Origin: Paraspadella gotoi | Taxonomy: Eukaryota; Animalia; Chaetognatha | NCBI GenBank assembly: GCA_051294375.1 | Contig: CM119266.1 | Location: 23,457,764-23,521,763, forward strand | Direction: 5' to 3' | Length of the DNA: 64,000 nt | In this document: in pieces, positions 12,638-25,794 of the stretch | How the letters are laid out: every line of letters begins with the position of its first letter | Position numbering within the stretch: position 1 is the stretch's first letter | Made by a program: the position numbers and the translations under genes | The notes under the pieces: generated by a model | Told to the model about the DNA's origin: nothing | What the model saw: the letters and a program-made list of their open reading frames with translations, nothing else | Database searches by the model: none

Positions 12638-15600
12638 ACTTCTTCATTCGTTCCTTTTTATAATAGCTTTCTTTCTTTTCTTTTCTTTCTTCTTCTGTAT
12701 CTCTCTCTTTNNNNNNNNNNNNNNNNNNNNNNNNNNNNNNNNNNNNNNNNNNNNNNNNNNNNNNNNNNNNNNNNNNNNNNNNNNNNNNNNNNNNNNNNNN
12801 NNNNNNNNNNNNNNNNNNNNNNNNNNNNNNNNNNNNAAAAAAAAGAAAGATAAAAGGAAAAAGAATAAAAGAACGACTGAAACCTTCCTAACGGTTACTT
12901 TTTAAAAAGAAAAGTTCTTATCTACTGTCTCATATGATTTTTTTTTCTAAAGGTATTCATTTATCATCTTTTAGACAAAAACGAAGGGAATCCTGTCTCC
13001 CCCCCCCTAAAAAAAAAAAAGAGAAAAGTTGAAAAAGAAAAAGAATCATTCGAATCTGACTCACCCTTTCTCGGGTCCCCGGGCCGAATTTTTTCGGGCT
13101 ACCAGCACAGATTTATGACCCACCAATAAAATCTCGCTGCTTGCTGATTGCTTTCATTTCCAAGTTGACACACAAAACATTTGTTTCCTTCCAAAGAAAT
13201 CTCGAACCTCCCCCCCCCTTTTTTTTTATAAAAGATTCCTTTTATCCCACTATTTTTTGGGGGCCAAATAAAACTTTTTTTTTAATGAAGAAAAAGATGA
13301 ATGAAAGAACCGTGAATTTTTAAGTAGAACCTGAAAATTTATATCATGAGTAAAGAAAATAATATACCATTGTCCTAAAAAATGGACTGTGTAGTTTGTT
13401 AATAAGTCCTTTTGCAAAATCTACAGCAAAACAGCCCTTACTTTTACCCAACTCGTCTCTAAATCTTTTCCCCATAATCACAGAAAACGATTGGTCAAAC
13501 TGCGGACCAATCAGAATCCGAGGAAGTCCGACCGATTATCTGCCTGGCTGGAAATCATTAGACGAGTTTTCCTTTGAATATAAACGAACCTAAGTCGTTT
13601 TCAGCTTCATCGGCCGCTCGCGCTCTGCTTTCCTGATTTTCCACGCACACTCTCGGAATAACGCAACCTTTTTCACTCCCATCGGCCAATTGTGAGAATA
13701 CTTTCCCTGTGGATCAACTCATCAGCTGTTTAAAAAAAAATTATGTTTAGTTTACATTTGTAAATATAAATTTGTGAACAATTGTTTTCAGTGGCAATTT
13801 GCCATAAGCTTTGTCCAATTTCAATAAATCGAATTCGAAATTATCAACCGTGCAGTTTATCTTTATAGTAAAACTTTTTTTTTAGTTTTGTCTTTTTGTC
13901 TTTTTGTTTTGAATTAAAAATTACCAAATAAATCTCATCTATGGTAAACGACAAAGCTTAAATTACGTGAAACATAAAGTTAGAATTAAAAGTCCCCCAT
14001 CACGAGTTACAATCCACACTTTCCGCCCGTTCTTTTTTTCTTCCTTCTCCTTTTTCCTCCAGGATCTCTTTCCTCCGTTTCCTCCTCCTCCCTTTTCTTC
14101 TTCCTCCCTTTCCTCCTCCTTGAGTAATCGCCGGCCTGGCAGCGACGATGGCTTTACGAGCGAAGCTTCTGTAAAATGGCCGATAGATAGGAATATTACG
14201 GGCGGAGGAGGCGGAGGGGAAAGAAAAAGACAAGATTTGTTGCAGATTTGTACCGCGACGGAGGATTTTTCTGGGTGACGGTTTACGGACATATGGGCAG
14301 GGACGTCGCGTTTTCCCGGATGTGGAGTCCGGTGAAGGACGAAGTTGGGATTACAATGCGTACAAGAAAACGGAAAGATTTAGATGAAAGAATCGTTACG
14401 CCTTTGATACTAAATCTGTCAGAGATCACAATTTCAAGCAAACTTTGCATACTACGTCGTTAAATCGGAAAGGTGAATAATAATTTCTTGTCAGTTCTAA
14501 AAAAATTAATACTCAACCAATTGGAAGTATGATATTGTTTAGTACAAAATATAAATTAACTAGTAATTGTTTATAAAAAAATTACAAATTTATAAACAAC
14601 TTGAGACAGAGAAATCGGACTTACGAAAGCCATATCCTAAAAAGAATAACTTGGAATATAACCTTTTGTTCGTTTTACTTTTTTCTGCGACAATACTCTG
14701 GCGGGGGTTTCTGGAACTAGGAACCAAGGAGCGGCGTAAAATGACGTTAAAGCGGCATTCCACACACAAAAGGACCGTGAGGAGGGAGCGGGAAGGGAGA
14801 ACTACCGTGCTTCACCAACGAGAGGGGGAAGAGGGAAGAGGATTTGCCTGCAGACGCGGGAATCTTCCCCAACCAACTCTGAGGCTCGTCGTCGTTTTCG
14901 ACGTCGCGGTCGACTCGTCGTCGTTCCCATCGTCGTCGGCGTCGTCGCTCTGATCGTCGTCGTGGTCGTCAGCCCAACAGCATTCGGTTCATTCAAAGGA
15001 AAAAGCTGGAAAGGGAGCTTGGATACCGAGTGCCTTTGGAGTTTGAACAGTTGGTTCGAACAGGAAATAGCAGCTTGAAATTGTCGTTATAGCAGGATTG
15101 GCTAACTTCAAAAGGCTATGCGTATTGACTGGTTATGTGATTGATTAAGTTTTTTAGGCTTTAACTTTAACTTGGACCATCAGGACCTTGTTTTATTTTT
15201 GTCAAAGTTTGGAATGAGAGTTTATATTAATAATAATATTAAATTATTAATAATAATAATTACTGGGTAATTTTAAAAAAATCAAATACAAATTTGAACA
15301 ACATTCCTCTGTATTCAATTCTATTCATTAATCTAGGTGAGAAATCAACCGATTTATATTAAAATTTTTTCACTATCCTTTTTGTTTTCTGTAATTTTTA
15401 TTTTTTTCAAAAAAAAAAATAGTTTCTTTAGAAACTGGAACTGTTTTCTATTACGATTTAGACTAACTAAAGTTTAGAGATTATTTACCCTAACAGCAGT
15501 ATAAAAAGAACAAAATATGTTCCATCACTTTTATTTTTTATTTTTTGCTTATCACTAAAGTACTTAATGATATACACGTTTAAAACTACTGGAAATACAT

Positions 15601-16012
15601 TCATTTTGAACTTAAATATAGCTTCAAAACAATTTTTTAACCACTCATCGATGCTCTCTAATTCCTAAGGCCTCGGGAACGGGAACGGGTCGGCCCACTA
15701 CAAAGCCTCTCCCCCCCTCGCCCCCTTCGTTCGATCGCCGATGGCACCGAATTTGATTGAAATTAATGATTTCTTTTTCTTCGCGACTCAAAACAGTCGC
15801 GAAGGTTCGAAGGCGTCCGGACGGAGGTGAGTCAGCCTCGGATCCACGCAGACGCTCGTCGACGGCCTCTTTGGCTCCGAGTCGGGGTATCCAGGTCACT
15901 CCGAAGACCCCAGATCAAAACGAGGGAGACAGAACGCATAAATTTCCCCCTTTTTCCTGTTCTCGCGACGGGGGTGGATGATACGAAAAGGGGCTAAAAG
16001 GAATTGAGAAAG
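12513..16012 (-). repeat. Inverted (fold-back) copy of about 8855-12285, starting at a 25-N gap
   Basis: 12513 onward is the reverse complement of sequence ending near 12285; it ends at gaattgagaaag, the reverse complement of ctttctcaat near 8853. Confidence 0.9.
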
Positions 16013-17745
16013 TTCTCTCTCTCTCTCTTCAACACATCTCCATCGAGGCCCCGAACGAGCATTCATCCCGACAGAGACGGGGCCCGAATTGTAGCCTCTC
16101 GGGTCGTTTTGTAGTTCTGTATTCTTCGTTCGGCCGAGATCGAGCGCGAAGGTTCGAGTTTCGAGGCAAAAGTCGAAGAGTTGACTCAAAGGGAAAAGTC
16201 AGACTTGGGCGACGCGGACTGAGTTGCGGACTAAAAACCGGTCGAGGAGTCTCTCCACTTCGATTCTCGAGCGTCTCGCTATTCCGAAAGTTCCGCCACT
16301 TCGAAATATTTGATTACTTTTGGTTTTTAGTTCAAATATTGGTCGTATTCTATTTCCTTTGGTCTGAATATTAAAGAAAGTTATTTTTATTTAAAAAATG
16401 AATTGCATTACTTCATATTTTTGTAATTGAAATTAATTTTTAGATAATTTTAGTAGTTATAAATTTACTTTTTTAAACATTATTTCAGTTCATACATAGT
16501 TATAATGTTGCAAATTCAACTTACAACGTGTATAATATAAATTGTTCCCAAAAGGTAAACTTTCGCGAAAAGTTGAAAAACCGGATGTTGATGGACGACG
16601 ATGACGAATGACGATGACACCAAGTCGTTCTAGACTGACTCTCATCAGAAATTCTAAACCACCGCCGATGGACCGATGAGACAGACAGACCGACGTACAA
16701 CGACTACGACTGACGATGACCCCGGTTAAGAACCGTCGACCGATGTTTATTCGTCGTCTGTATGATTCATTCCCGGCCCGACGGGACGTCGAAGACTATG
16801 ATGATTATGATGATGATTTGATGATGATATGATGAGATTGATGATGAGATGATAGACGAGTTAAAATAAAGACTATAATTTTAGAATTGAAACTGATGAT
16901 GAGGATGATGATTTGATAGAGGATGATAAATATTAACTGAATTTTCAATGGAAAATATATTTCGTCTGGAAGCCATAGTGTAAACAATAATTAATAAATA
17001 ACGTATAAAAAAATTGAAATTATCGGAAAACTATTATTAAAACAATGTTTCGCTCGACATGCCGGATATTACCTAAAGTTCCTCGATGCTCTTTTATTGT
17101 CATTTCTGATTTTCGATTACCATCGATTTTTTTTTTTCTGTTTTATTTTCTTTTTTTCAATTCGGAATTTCCGAAAAACTTCGAAGAAACATCAAATATA
17201 GAGAGAATCTTGTTACTTCAATTCAAAATTTCACGAACTCGAAATACAAAAAAAAATAATTTAATTGAAAAGAAAACGAGTTCAAAAGTTATTCCTTTCT
17301 CTTGTACAAATTCGTTAGTCGTCTCAAACGGCCGCTGCGCCCACATTGAAATTCCCCATTTTTTCCTGTTTCTCCAAAGCCACTCGCCCCCATGATTTCA
17401 AAACCCCCACCCCATCCCCCAATTTCCCGCCATCTACAATTTTTCCCTTCTTATGTTGCCAAATTTAATCCTCCCCTTCTCTCTCGCTCACGTTCAACAC
17501 CCCGCGTATTTCCTCTTCTTTCGAATTCGTTTGTTCCTCCACCCCCTTTTCCTTTTCCCCGACGCCCCCCCCTCCGTAAAAAACAGTTCAAATCCGAGAC
17601 GAGAGATCGAGAGAGATTTTTCCCTCGAATCCCCAACCAGAAACGAGGATTCGAGTTTCTTTTTTTCTTCTTCTTCTTCTTTCCGATCGAAACGCGAAGA
17701 TCGAGTCTTTCAACGAAAACCAGTAGCGCGCCAAGCGAGAAGGAA
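16013..17745 (+). repeat. Direct duplicate of about 34900-36620
   Basis: Colinear from tcttcaacacatctccatcgaggccccg to gtagcgcgcca(g)agcgagaagga. Confidence 0.9.
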
Positions 17746-20743
17746 AAAAAACACATGGGGAAAAATAAAACGAGGTTTGCCTCTGATTTCAAAGTTTTGG
17801 TGCTTCGATTCGACGCGAAATTCTCGAATCTCGCCGTCCGGATTTCCCTCGATCTCGATCTCATCTAAGTCTCGGATTATAAAAAAAAAATATTTTGTTT
17901 TAAATTTTAAATTTTAATTTCGTGTTTTTTCTCGAACGCATTAGTGATGTTTTAGTGATTGAAAACAAATGAAAATAACAAGACTGTCAGAGACCTTGAG
18001 CAAACGCGCGAATGTAATTAAAATACATTTTTTTTAAAAACGTATCCTTCTCATACTCATACTTGATTCATTTTTCTCTAATTTTTTTTGTTTTGCTTCG
18101 CTAAAATTGTTTAAACATTTGCTTTTAAATCATGTATTATTTTTTGGTTTCAATAGTATTGAAAAACTGATGACACTTTTATTTTAAGCAAAGTAGGCTC
18201 AAATTTGTTTAGACTTATGACATCTGTGTTATACTTTGTTTCCATAAGACTCGTAGTTTTAATTTAAAAAAAATGAGAGTAGAATTGTTTGCAAAAGAAA
18301 ATTTTATTAAAATCAGTTTCGAATTTAACGATAATTACTACCATTTATTATTCACTATTCCGTTGATTTCATTCGATCATTGTGTACTAACGTGTCGCCA
18401 CAGGGGTATTGGAAAATTTGGCTTCATTTTTACGAATTGTCCGCGAGATGGTATAATGCATTGTCTCCTTAGAGGCGGATTTAAATTTTAACAAAAACGA
18501 ACAATTAAACGTGAGGTGAATAACGGATTATATTTAACTTAATAATTAATAATATTCGTCTAGAGAATTTCGCCTCTAAACCTTTTTTTTATCCGGAGTC
18601 TTTCACTTTACTTCTGCGTCGTCAAAACAAGTCGAAAAAAAAACAAAAACAAACTCGCGTATAACCTAATTATAAAAACGCCGTCATTACTATTACCATA
18701 ATTATTTTTCCAGTTTATATTTTTATTGTTAATGATAAAGCAACCGACACGACATGGCACTACCAGTCTTACTGCCGTAACAGTTGATAAGTTGAAAATT
18801 GGAACGAGTCTTTTCTTCGTCAAAAGCGTGCCTAACCGTTTACCGAAAACGCTGCCTTTTTTTTCCAGAGCACCATCCACTTAAAAAAAAAAAAATAAAC
18901 AACCAACTAACAAATGAAAACTATTTTTGTTTTTTGGTCGCCGCCAGGGTAATTAAAAACTGTCAAAAAAACAAAGTAAACACCGAACCCCGTTTTATGA
19001 AGAGGTTGTTTGTCCACATTTGTCACGTTTGGGTTTATGAATTTTTTCTTTCTTCTTTACCCTCTTACCCACTTTCCCTTTCACGTCGTAATAAGAGTCA
19101 CAGTTTGTCCCTTTTTGTGTCACCCTTTCTTTCCCTCGTAGTTCAAAACCCGAGATTGATCTTTTGTCCGAATTTTTTAGTGTCCAGCAATCGCCGCGGC
19201 AGAAGTTCGTTCACATATGAATCTCAATTTTTTTGGATATAAAAGTTTTATTCCTTCCAATTCGTTCCTTTAAGTAGAAATTCATTTAAAAACTAATTGT
19301 ATGGATGTTTGCTTATTACAATAATCTTAAGTATTATCTGAATAATGGTGGTTTTTTTGACCGGAATAAGCTATTATTTTTTTTATTTTTCATCATGTAA
19401 CACAAATAACGGGTTATATTAACGTGACAAAATGTTATTAAACAAAATAAGAACTACTTTCAGCCCTTCTTTTATGTCATTCTAGTGTTGCTTAACTGCC
19501 GAACAAAACAACAAACATGTTTATTGCTTTGCGCGATTTACAAGTGATACAAGAGAGGCATGCAGTGAAGTGCCGTAAGTTCATAGGTTGATAAAAATTT
19601 AAAAGTTGACATTGAAACTTTTGAGAAAATGGAAGACTTAAATAAATCTTTAATTGATATCTATGAAGGCTTAGGATTGACTTAACATGCGTCGTTCGTA
19701 AAAGCAAATATGCATAGTTTTTTTGTAAAAAAAACTGCCTAATACTATTTAAATTGATGAAGAAAGTTCGCTATGTCATTTATTTTTTCAAATAACTTGA
19801 CGAAAAAGTCGCTTCTTTATATTTTTTTTCCCTTGGTTGTTTATATTGTACAAAAATTATACAGGGCTATCTTCACTTTTCAAATTAACATTCGCCAAAA
19901 TTTATTTCGCATGGTCCTAAACGATTTTATGCTAATATTTATAATACTTATAGCGATAATTGTACATTTTGTCCCGAGATCGTTTAAGAAAACAAAAGAG
20001 TAAACATTCTTCCACAAAAGTCAGTGTTTGTCTTCCTCGAGAGTACGCGACTTGTTTGGGCATCGATTAATTTTCACGAATTCATTCGTCGTCAAAAAAT
20101 GTCACGTACTACGTTTTTAATATTCGCTAAACCATGAGTGTGTAAACATTTTCATTACCCGTATTGCAACCAATGGTCATATAAAAAGTACCGGTCGTCA
20201 AATTATTAATCTACATCTGCAAAAAAAATAATCACTGAAATCATCTTTACATTTGTTTGCGATTCTTGAGCCTATTTTTTATGTTTAAATTTAGCTATGT
20301 GATGGGAAGTTTATCGAATTCTCCAGAGAAATTGTGACAAGCGTGAAAAAAATAATAAGGCCTAATTATGATTGCATTTATGAAATTGGCTACTACAAAT
20401 ATAAAATTATCCATTAATTTAATTAAATATTTTATTTTAAAATCATTATTGATCTTTATTCTATAAATATCGTAATAAAAACATACCCCCTCTTCGACGA
20501 TTAACTCACACCACCGCCAACAAAAGGCTTCTCCCCAACACCTGCGCCTCTCGAACGATTCTCCGTTTTTACGATCGCTCTCCAAAATCCTCAAAAATAA
20601 AATCCTTCAAAACCTTCACTTCGCTTATCGCCTTCATTTTCGCCCGCCTCGTTTTCGTTTTTCCTCGTTTACAGTCTTTGTTTAACGTAGTTGGATCAAG
20701 TGCGGAGAAAAAGTTTTAAACTTCGCTCGAATCACACATTAAT

Positions 20744-20744
<1 letters not shown>

Positions 20745-20812
<68 letters not shown>

Positions 20813-21129
20813 TCTCTCTCCTCTTCTCTCTCTCTCTCTATCTATCTCTCAATAATAATAAAACTTTTGTTCCACTCTTGAGTAAAAAAACAATATGGAT
20901 AAAAAAAATATATGCGCGTCAATTTACTCCAGTAAATCTGCTTCGAAAAATAATCCTTCGACTTGCGAAGCGAATATAAGCAAATTGTATAACTGAACCA
21001 CCCCACCGCTTTTGTTTATAGAGTGATGATTTGTTACTGTGTTTCTTTTTTTTCAACGAATATTTTTACCGTTACAATCCTTGGATTTTTTCCTCCAGCC
21101 CCCTTCTCTCTTCTCTCTTCCCCCTCTTC

Positions 21130-21200
<71 letters not shown>
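20745..21200. repeat. Representative (CT/GA)n microsatellites; dozens of similar tracts occur across the window
   Basis: Long imperfect CT runs at 20745-20850 and 21100-21197; these tracts explain the SLSL/ERER pseudo-ORFs. Confidence 0.95.
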
Positions 21201-21204
<4 letters not shown>

Positions 21205-22893
21205 ATCTTTGTTACATTCAGTCGTTTACATTTTTCCCTGCTCGCCCCCCCCTTCCGTTACAAATACGCCCCACCGGAAAGGCCATATCTTGTCGTCTTC
21301 GGCGTCATCGTTCGTCGACCTACGTTCGTCGTCGTCATCGTCGTCGCAAAGTTTTGTTATCGTTGTTCGACTCGTGGGTGAACAAACTCACAATTACACT
21401 ACGGGCCATAAAATTACAGTTTTTTTTTTTAGTCGTCGTCGACCGTCGTCATCGTTGTCCGTCGTCATCGTCGTTCCTTCCGACCCTCAGTTCCATTTGA
21501 GAATCATTTCCTCAAATTCTTTTTACCGGACAAGTCTCCAAAATTCACAAACTCACGAAAACTCATGAAACTCACAATCGGACCATCTCACAAAAATAAT
21601 ATTTTTTTTTCTTCACAAATTTTTTTTTCTCACAAAACTATTAATTTTTTTTCTCAAAAACAAAAATTATTAAACGATCATAACTTCATGTACTTTATTT
21701 TGTTTCCTAAGTAGTATTTTTCTTCATCTCCCTCCTCTCTCTTTTCTCTCTTTCTCCTCTCTCTCTCTCTCTCTTCTCTCTTCTCTCTCTCTGAATCTCT
21801 ACCCCCAGCAAAGCAGAAACCCCGGCCGAAGCTCTTTTCGGATTTTGTGCTGACTCCGGACCTTTTTTCTTTTCTTTCAAACGAATCTTAAAAATTTTGT
21901 CTTCGGGTTTTTTTGTTTTGTTTTTTTGTTTTTTTTAAATTTATTTTTTATAAACTGATTCGTTTTTTTTCCGTGTGCGATATATTTACAGTCCCGATTT
22001 TGAATACTTGATCAGAAACCTTAACCTGTGCGAGAAGATAGAGAAGAAAAAGCAGACATCATTTTTAACTATTAGTGAGTGTAGAGTGAGCAAAGGTAAC
22101 ATTGATTTTTAAAAAGAAAAAACAAAACGCTACAACTTTGTAAAAGACTTTTATTTCTATTTCCTTTTTTCACTTCATCTCTTATTTTCAGTTTAAATAT
22201 TTTTTTTTACAATACAAGTAACTAATTGCGTTTTTATCTGAAAAAAAAAAAAAAAAACACAAAATTACTTCCTTTAATCTTCTCGCTTTCCGTCTCTCTC
22301 TCTCTCTCTCTCCCTCCCTTCTCTTTCTACCGCATGCACCCTTTTGGCCATCTGCACGCGCGGACACGCCAGCGCACACTCTAATTCGCACACAAGCCGG
22401 CACATAACGCTGTTTCCTCCTTCTGTCTCTCTCCGTCCCTCTTCTCGCTCTTCTCTTTTCTCTCGGCATCGATTCATCGTCTTCTACCTTCGCTTTCTTC
22501 TCTCCTCGAACCGCCGACGATCATTAGGACGACACGACGACGACGAACGACGAGACGACGACGACGACGCACGACATCGACAAAAATCCAAAACAATCGA
22601 GCAGAAATCAACAGCTGGGAAGAGGCGAAGGAACCAGCACCGTCGCTTGACTGATTCCACGTTTAAATGAGAGGAAAACGGAACAAAAATCTCGAATTCC
22701 AACGAAACTTTAAAGAGAAAAACATAAAAAAAGCCAAGATTTTTAAAGAGAAATCTGGGAACAATCTCTAGACAAGTTGGGTAAGCTGCTTCTCTGTCCG
22801 TTTCGTGCTGAGTACGTCCTATCTTGGCTTCCTGGGTAGTTACTTTCTTGTCCCTATCGAAAAAAGGTTCCCTCTCTCTCTCTCTCTCTCTCT

Positions 22894-22933
<40 letters not shown>

Positions 22934-23335
22934 TCGCCGCATGCGATAATTCTTTGAGCTCGATTTCTCCCGAGCAGAAGTCATTTTCCATTTTCCTCCA
23001 TATTTGTTGTCTTTTATTTTTAATCAGAGGAAAATCTTCTCTTGTAGTTCGACTTACGTTCTCTCTTCTCTTTCAAACAATTCGTAATAATAACAAAAAC
23101 AATAACAACAACAGAAACCGATGATTTGTTATCAGTTTGACTTTCATCATTCGACTTTAAAGGACTCCATCTCGATGATTTTCTTCTTTTTTCGTTTTTC
23201 GCGTCGAATTTCGTTTTTTTGTTGAAAAATCAAAACTTCATTTAATCTTTTTCTTTTTTATCCTTTTATCTTATAAGAGACGAAACCGCATTCTCACGCG
23301 AAACGCGGAATGGAAGATAGACAATACTGACCCTC

Positions 23336-23399
<64 letters not shown>

Positions 23400-23494
23400 T
23401 CTTCCTCTCTCTCCACACAACAAATGGCTAATAAAAGTAAAAAATCTCGGAAAAACATCACAACGACAACTTTCAAATAACAGAATCACCAGAT

Positions 23495-23576
23495 CCGACT
23501 AACCCTGTAAATCCGAGCTTGTTGGTAAGGCCCCCTTGCCACTCACCAGCACAAGTTGGTTTTACGGGGTTGGTGG
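23495..23576 (+). ncRNA. mir-10: miR-10-family microRNA precursor (candidate)
   Basis: 5p arm 23501-23522 AACCCUGUAAAUCCGAGCUUGU has the miR-10 seed ACCCUGU and resembles miR-10 (UACCCUGUAGAUCCGAAUUUGU) and miR-100 (AACCCGUAGAUCCGAACUUGUG). 3p arm 23551-23571 ACAAGUUGGUUUUACGGGGUU pairs over about 20 bp with one U-U mismatch, one bulge and G-U pairs; the lower stem extends further; Hox context. Confidence 0.75.
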
Positions 23577-24844
23577 CAAGGTTTGAAATCAGCTCGCCAA
23601 TCGGTTTTCAAAACATACCCCCTTCGAATATTTTTATTATCTTTACTATTATATATAATTTTAAATTTTGTTTAAATTTTTTTGTAACTAATTATTTATT
23701 AAATTTACGCTTTATTAATTTTTGCTTTCGACAATTTAGTTAAGATATTCTAATATGCTATAAAAAGTTGTATTTCATTGGGTTAGTGATCCAAATTTGA
23801 AAATTAGATGCAAGCAAAAATAATATCTCGTGCATTAAGACACTTAAACTGATTATAAAGGCCGTTTGATATAATATCAAAATTTGTACTTTCGAAAAAA
23901 ATGGGAACTAATAATCGAAAACTCTTATCGAAAGAGTAAATAAAGCAGAATATGAATGAAAATAATCCTAATTTAGAAATTTATGTATATGTAAATGCAT
24001 AATTAAACTTTAGAGAGAGAGGAAAAATTAGAAATGACAGCTTTTAAGTTATTTACGTATTGCGTATGGAAGTAATCGAGTTATAATCTTTAGAAAATCA
24101 ATCAATCAAAGATGCGCCCGCGCTTAAATTAAAGGCCCTAAAAATATCCAAAAGAAGAAAAAAAAGTAAAATGAATCCAGTATTTCTTTTTTTCCCTCTT
24201 AGTCAGAAATCCGAGACGAGGATGAAAACTGGATGTGTTGAACTTTTCGATAATTATAACCTCTAAATGTCATCTGGAAAACTCGTATGCAGGGAGAAGG
24301 ATAGACGATGGGAGCATCAAAAAAGAAAAATTGTTCCAAAAAAGTCCAAAACCTTCCTCTGTATTTTCTCGACAGTGCCATACTTCAAGAATGTATTTAA
24401 TTTCAAGGAATTTCCAAAACTATTCACCCTAATAAGATCTACCATTTAATTTTTTTTACGTATTAAAAAAAATTACAGATGCTTTCGATAATTCTCTTCA
24501 TATCAGATAGACCAAATTTATTTTTAGAGAAGTTCCAACGCAGATCTGATTGAATAAAAATTTGTTAGGAGACTTATATTTATTGTTACTCATATTTTAT
24601 TTCTTTATAAAATGTACATTCATCAATTCAGAACTAAAAAAAACAGGCATTAAAAGTATAATCGTTGCGTTCCGAAAACTCCTAAGTCGGCCTCAAATTT
24701 TTTTAGCCTTTGATCAGAAAGAAATTAATGATCGGTGATCCTTTTTCAATCCTGAGTCAAAATTTAGATTTTGCCGGGAGAGAGAGAGAGAGAGAGAGAG
24801 GAAGAGAGATGGAGAGAGAGAGACGAGGAGAAAGAGAGAGAGAG

Positions 24845-24881
<37 letters not shown>

Positions 24882-25082
24882 TAATAGCCCAATCAGTAGC
24901 ATGAATCAAAAAGTCGTTTTATCGAGCGATTTGATCTTTTTACAAATTTTTGAGAGAGTCATTTAATAATTTTGTATTCACTTGCTGACTCAATTTAGTC
25001 CAAAATTATCATTATATATTAGTATATTTGACTCTCTTTACTGTCTTTCTTTCTGGACTCTCTCTCTCTCTCGTCCTCCTCT

Positions 25083-25174
<92 letters not shown>

Positions 25175-25421
25175 TCTCTCTCTCTCTCTNNNNNNNNNNN
25201 NNNNNNNNNNNNNNAAGAGAGTCAAATATACTAATATATAATGATAATTTTTGGACTAAAATTGAGTCAGCAAGTGAAATACAAAATTATTAAATGACTC
25301 TCTCAAAAATTTTGCGTCACCGAAAACTCCTAAGTCGGCCTCAAATTTTTTTAGCCTTTGATCAGAAAGAAATTAATGATCGGTGATCCTTTTTCAATCC
25401 TGAGTCAAAATTTAGATTTTG

Positions 25422-25457
<36 letters not shown>

Positions 25458-25461
25458 AGAG

Positions 25462-25519
<58 letters not shown>

Positions 25520-25704
25520 AGAAGATAATAGCCCAATCAGTAGCATGAATCAAAAAGTCGTTTTTATCGAGCGATTTTATCTTTTTACCAAATTTTTGAG
25601 AGAGTCATTTAATATTTTGATATTCACTTGCTGACTCAATTTAGTCCAAAATTATCATTATATATTAGTATATTTGACTCTCTTTCTGTCTCTTCTTTCT
25701 CTCG

Positions 25705-25794
<90 letters not shown>

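Noticed and set aside
25215-25313. Short local inverted repeat of about 24935-25037
   Set aside because: Begins at a 25-N gap and flips back into a direct repeat of 24667 onward; assembly artefact.
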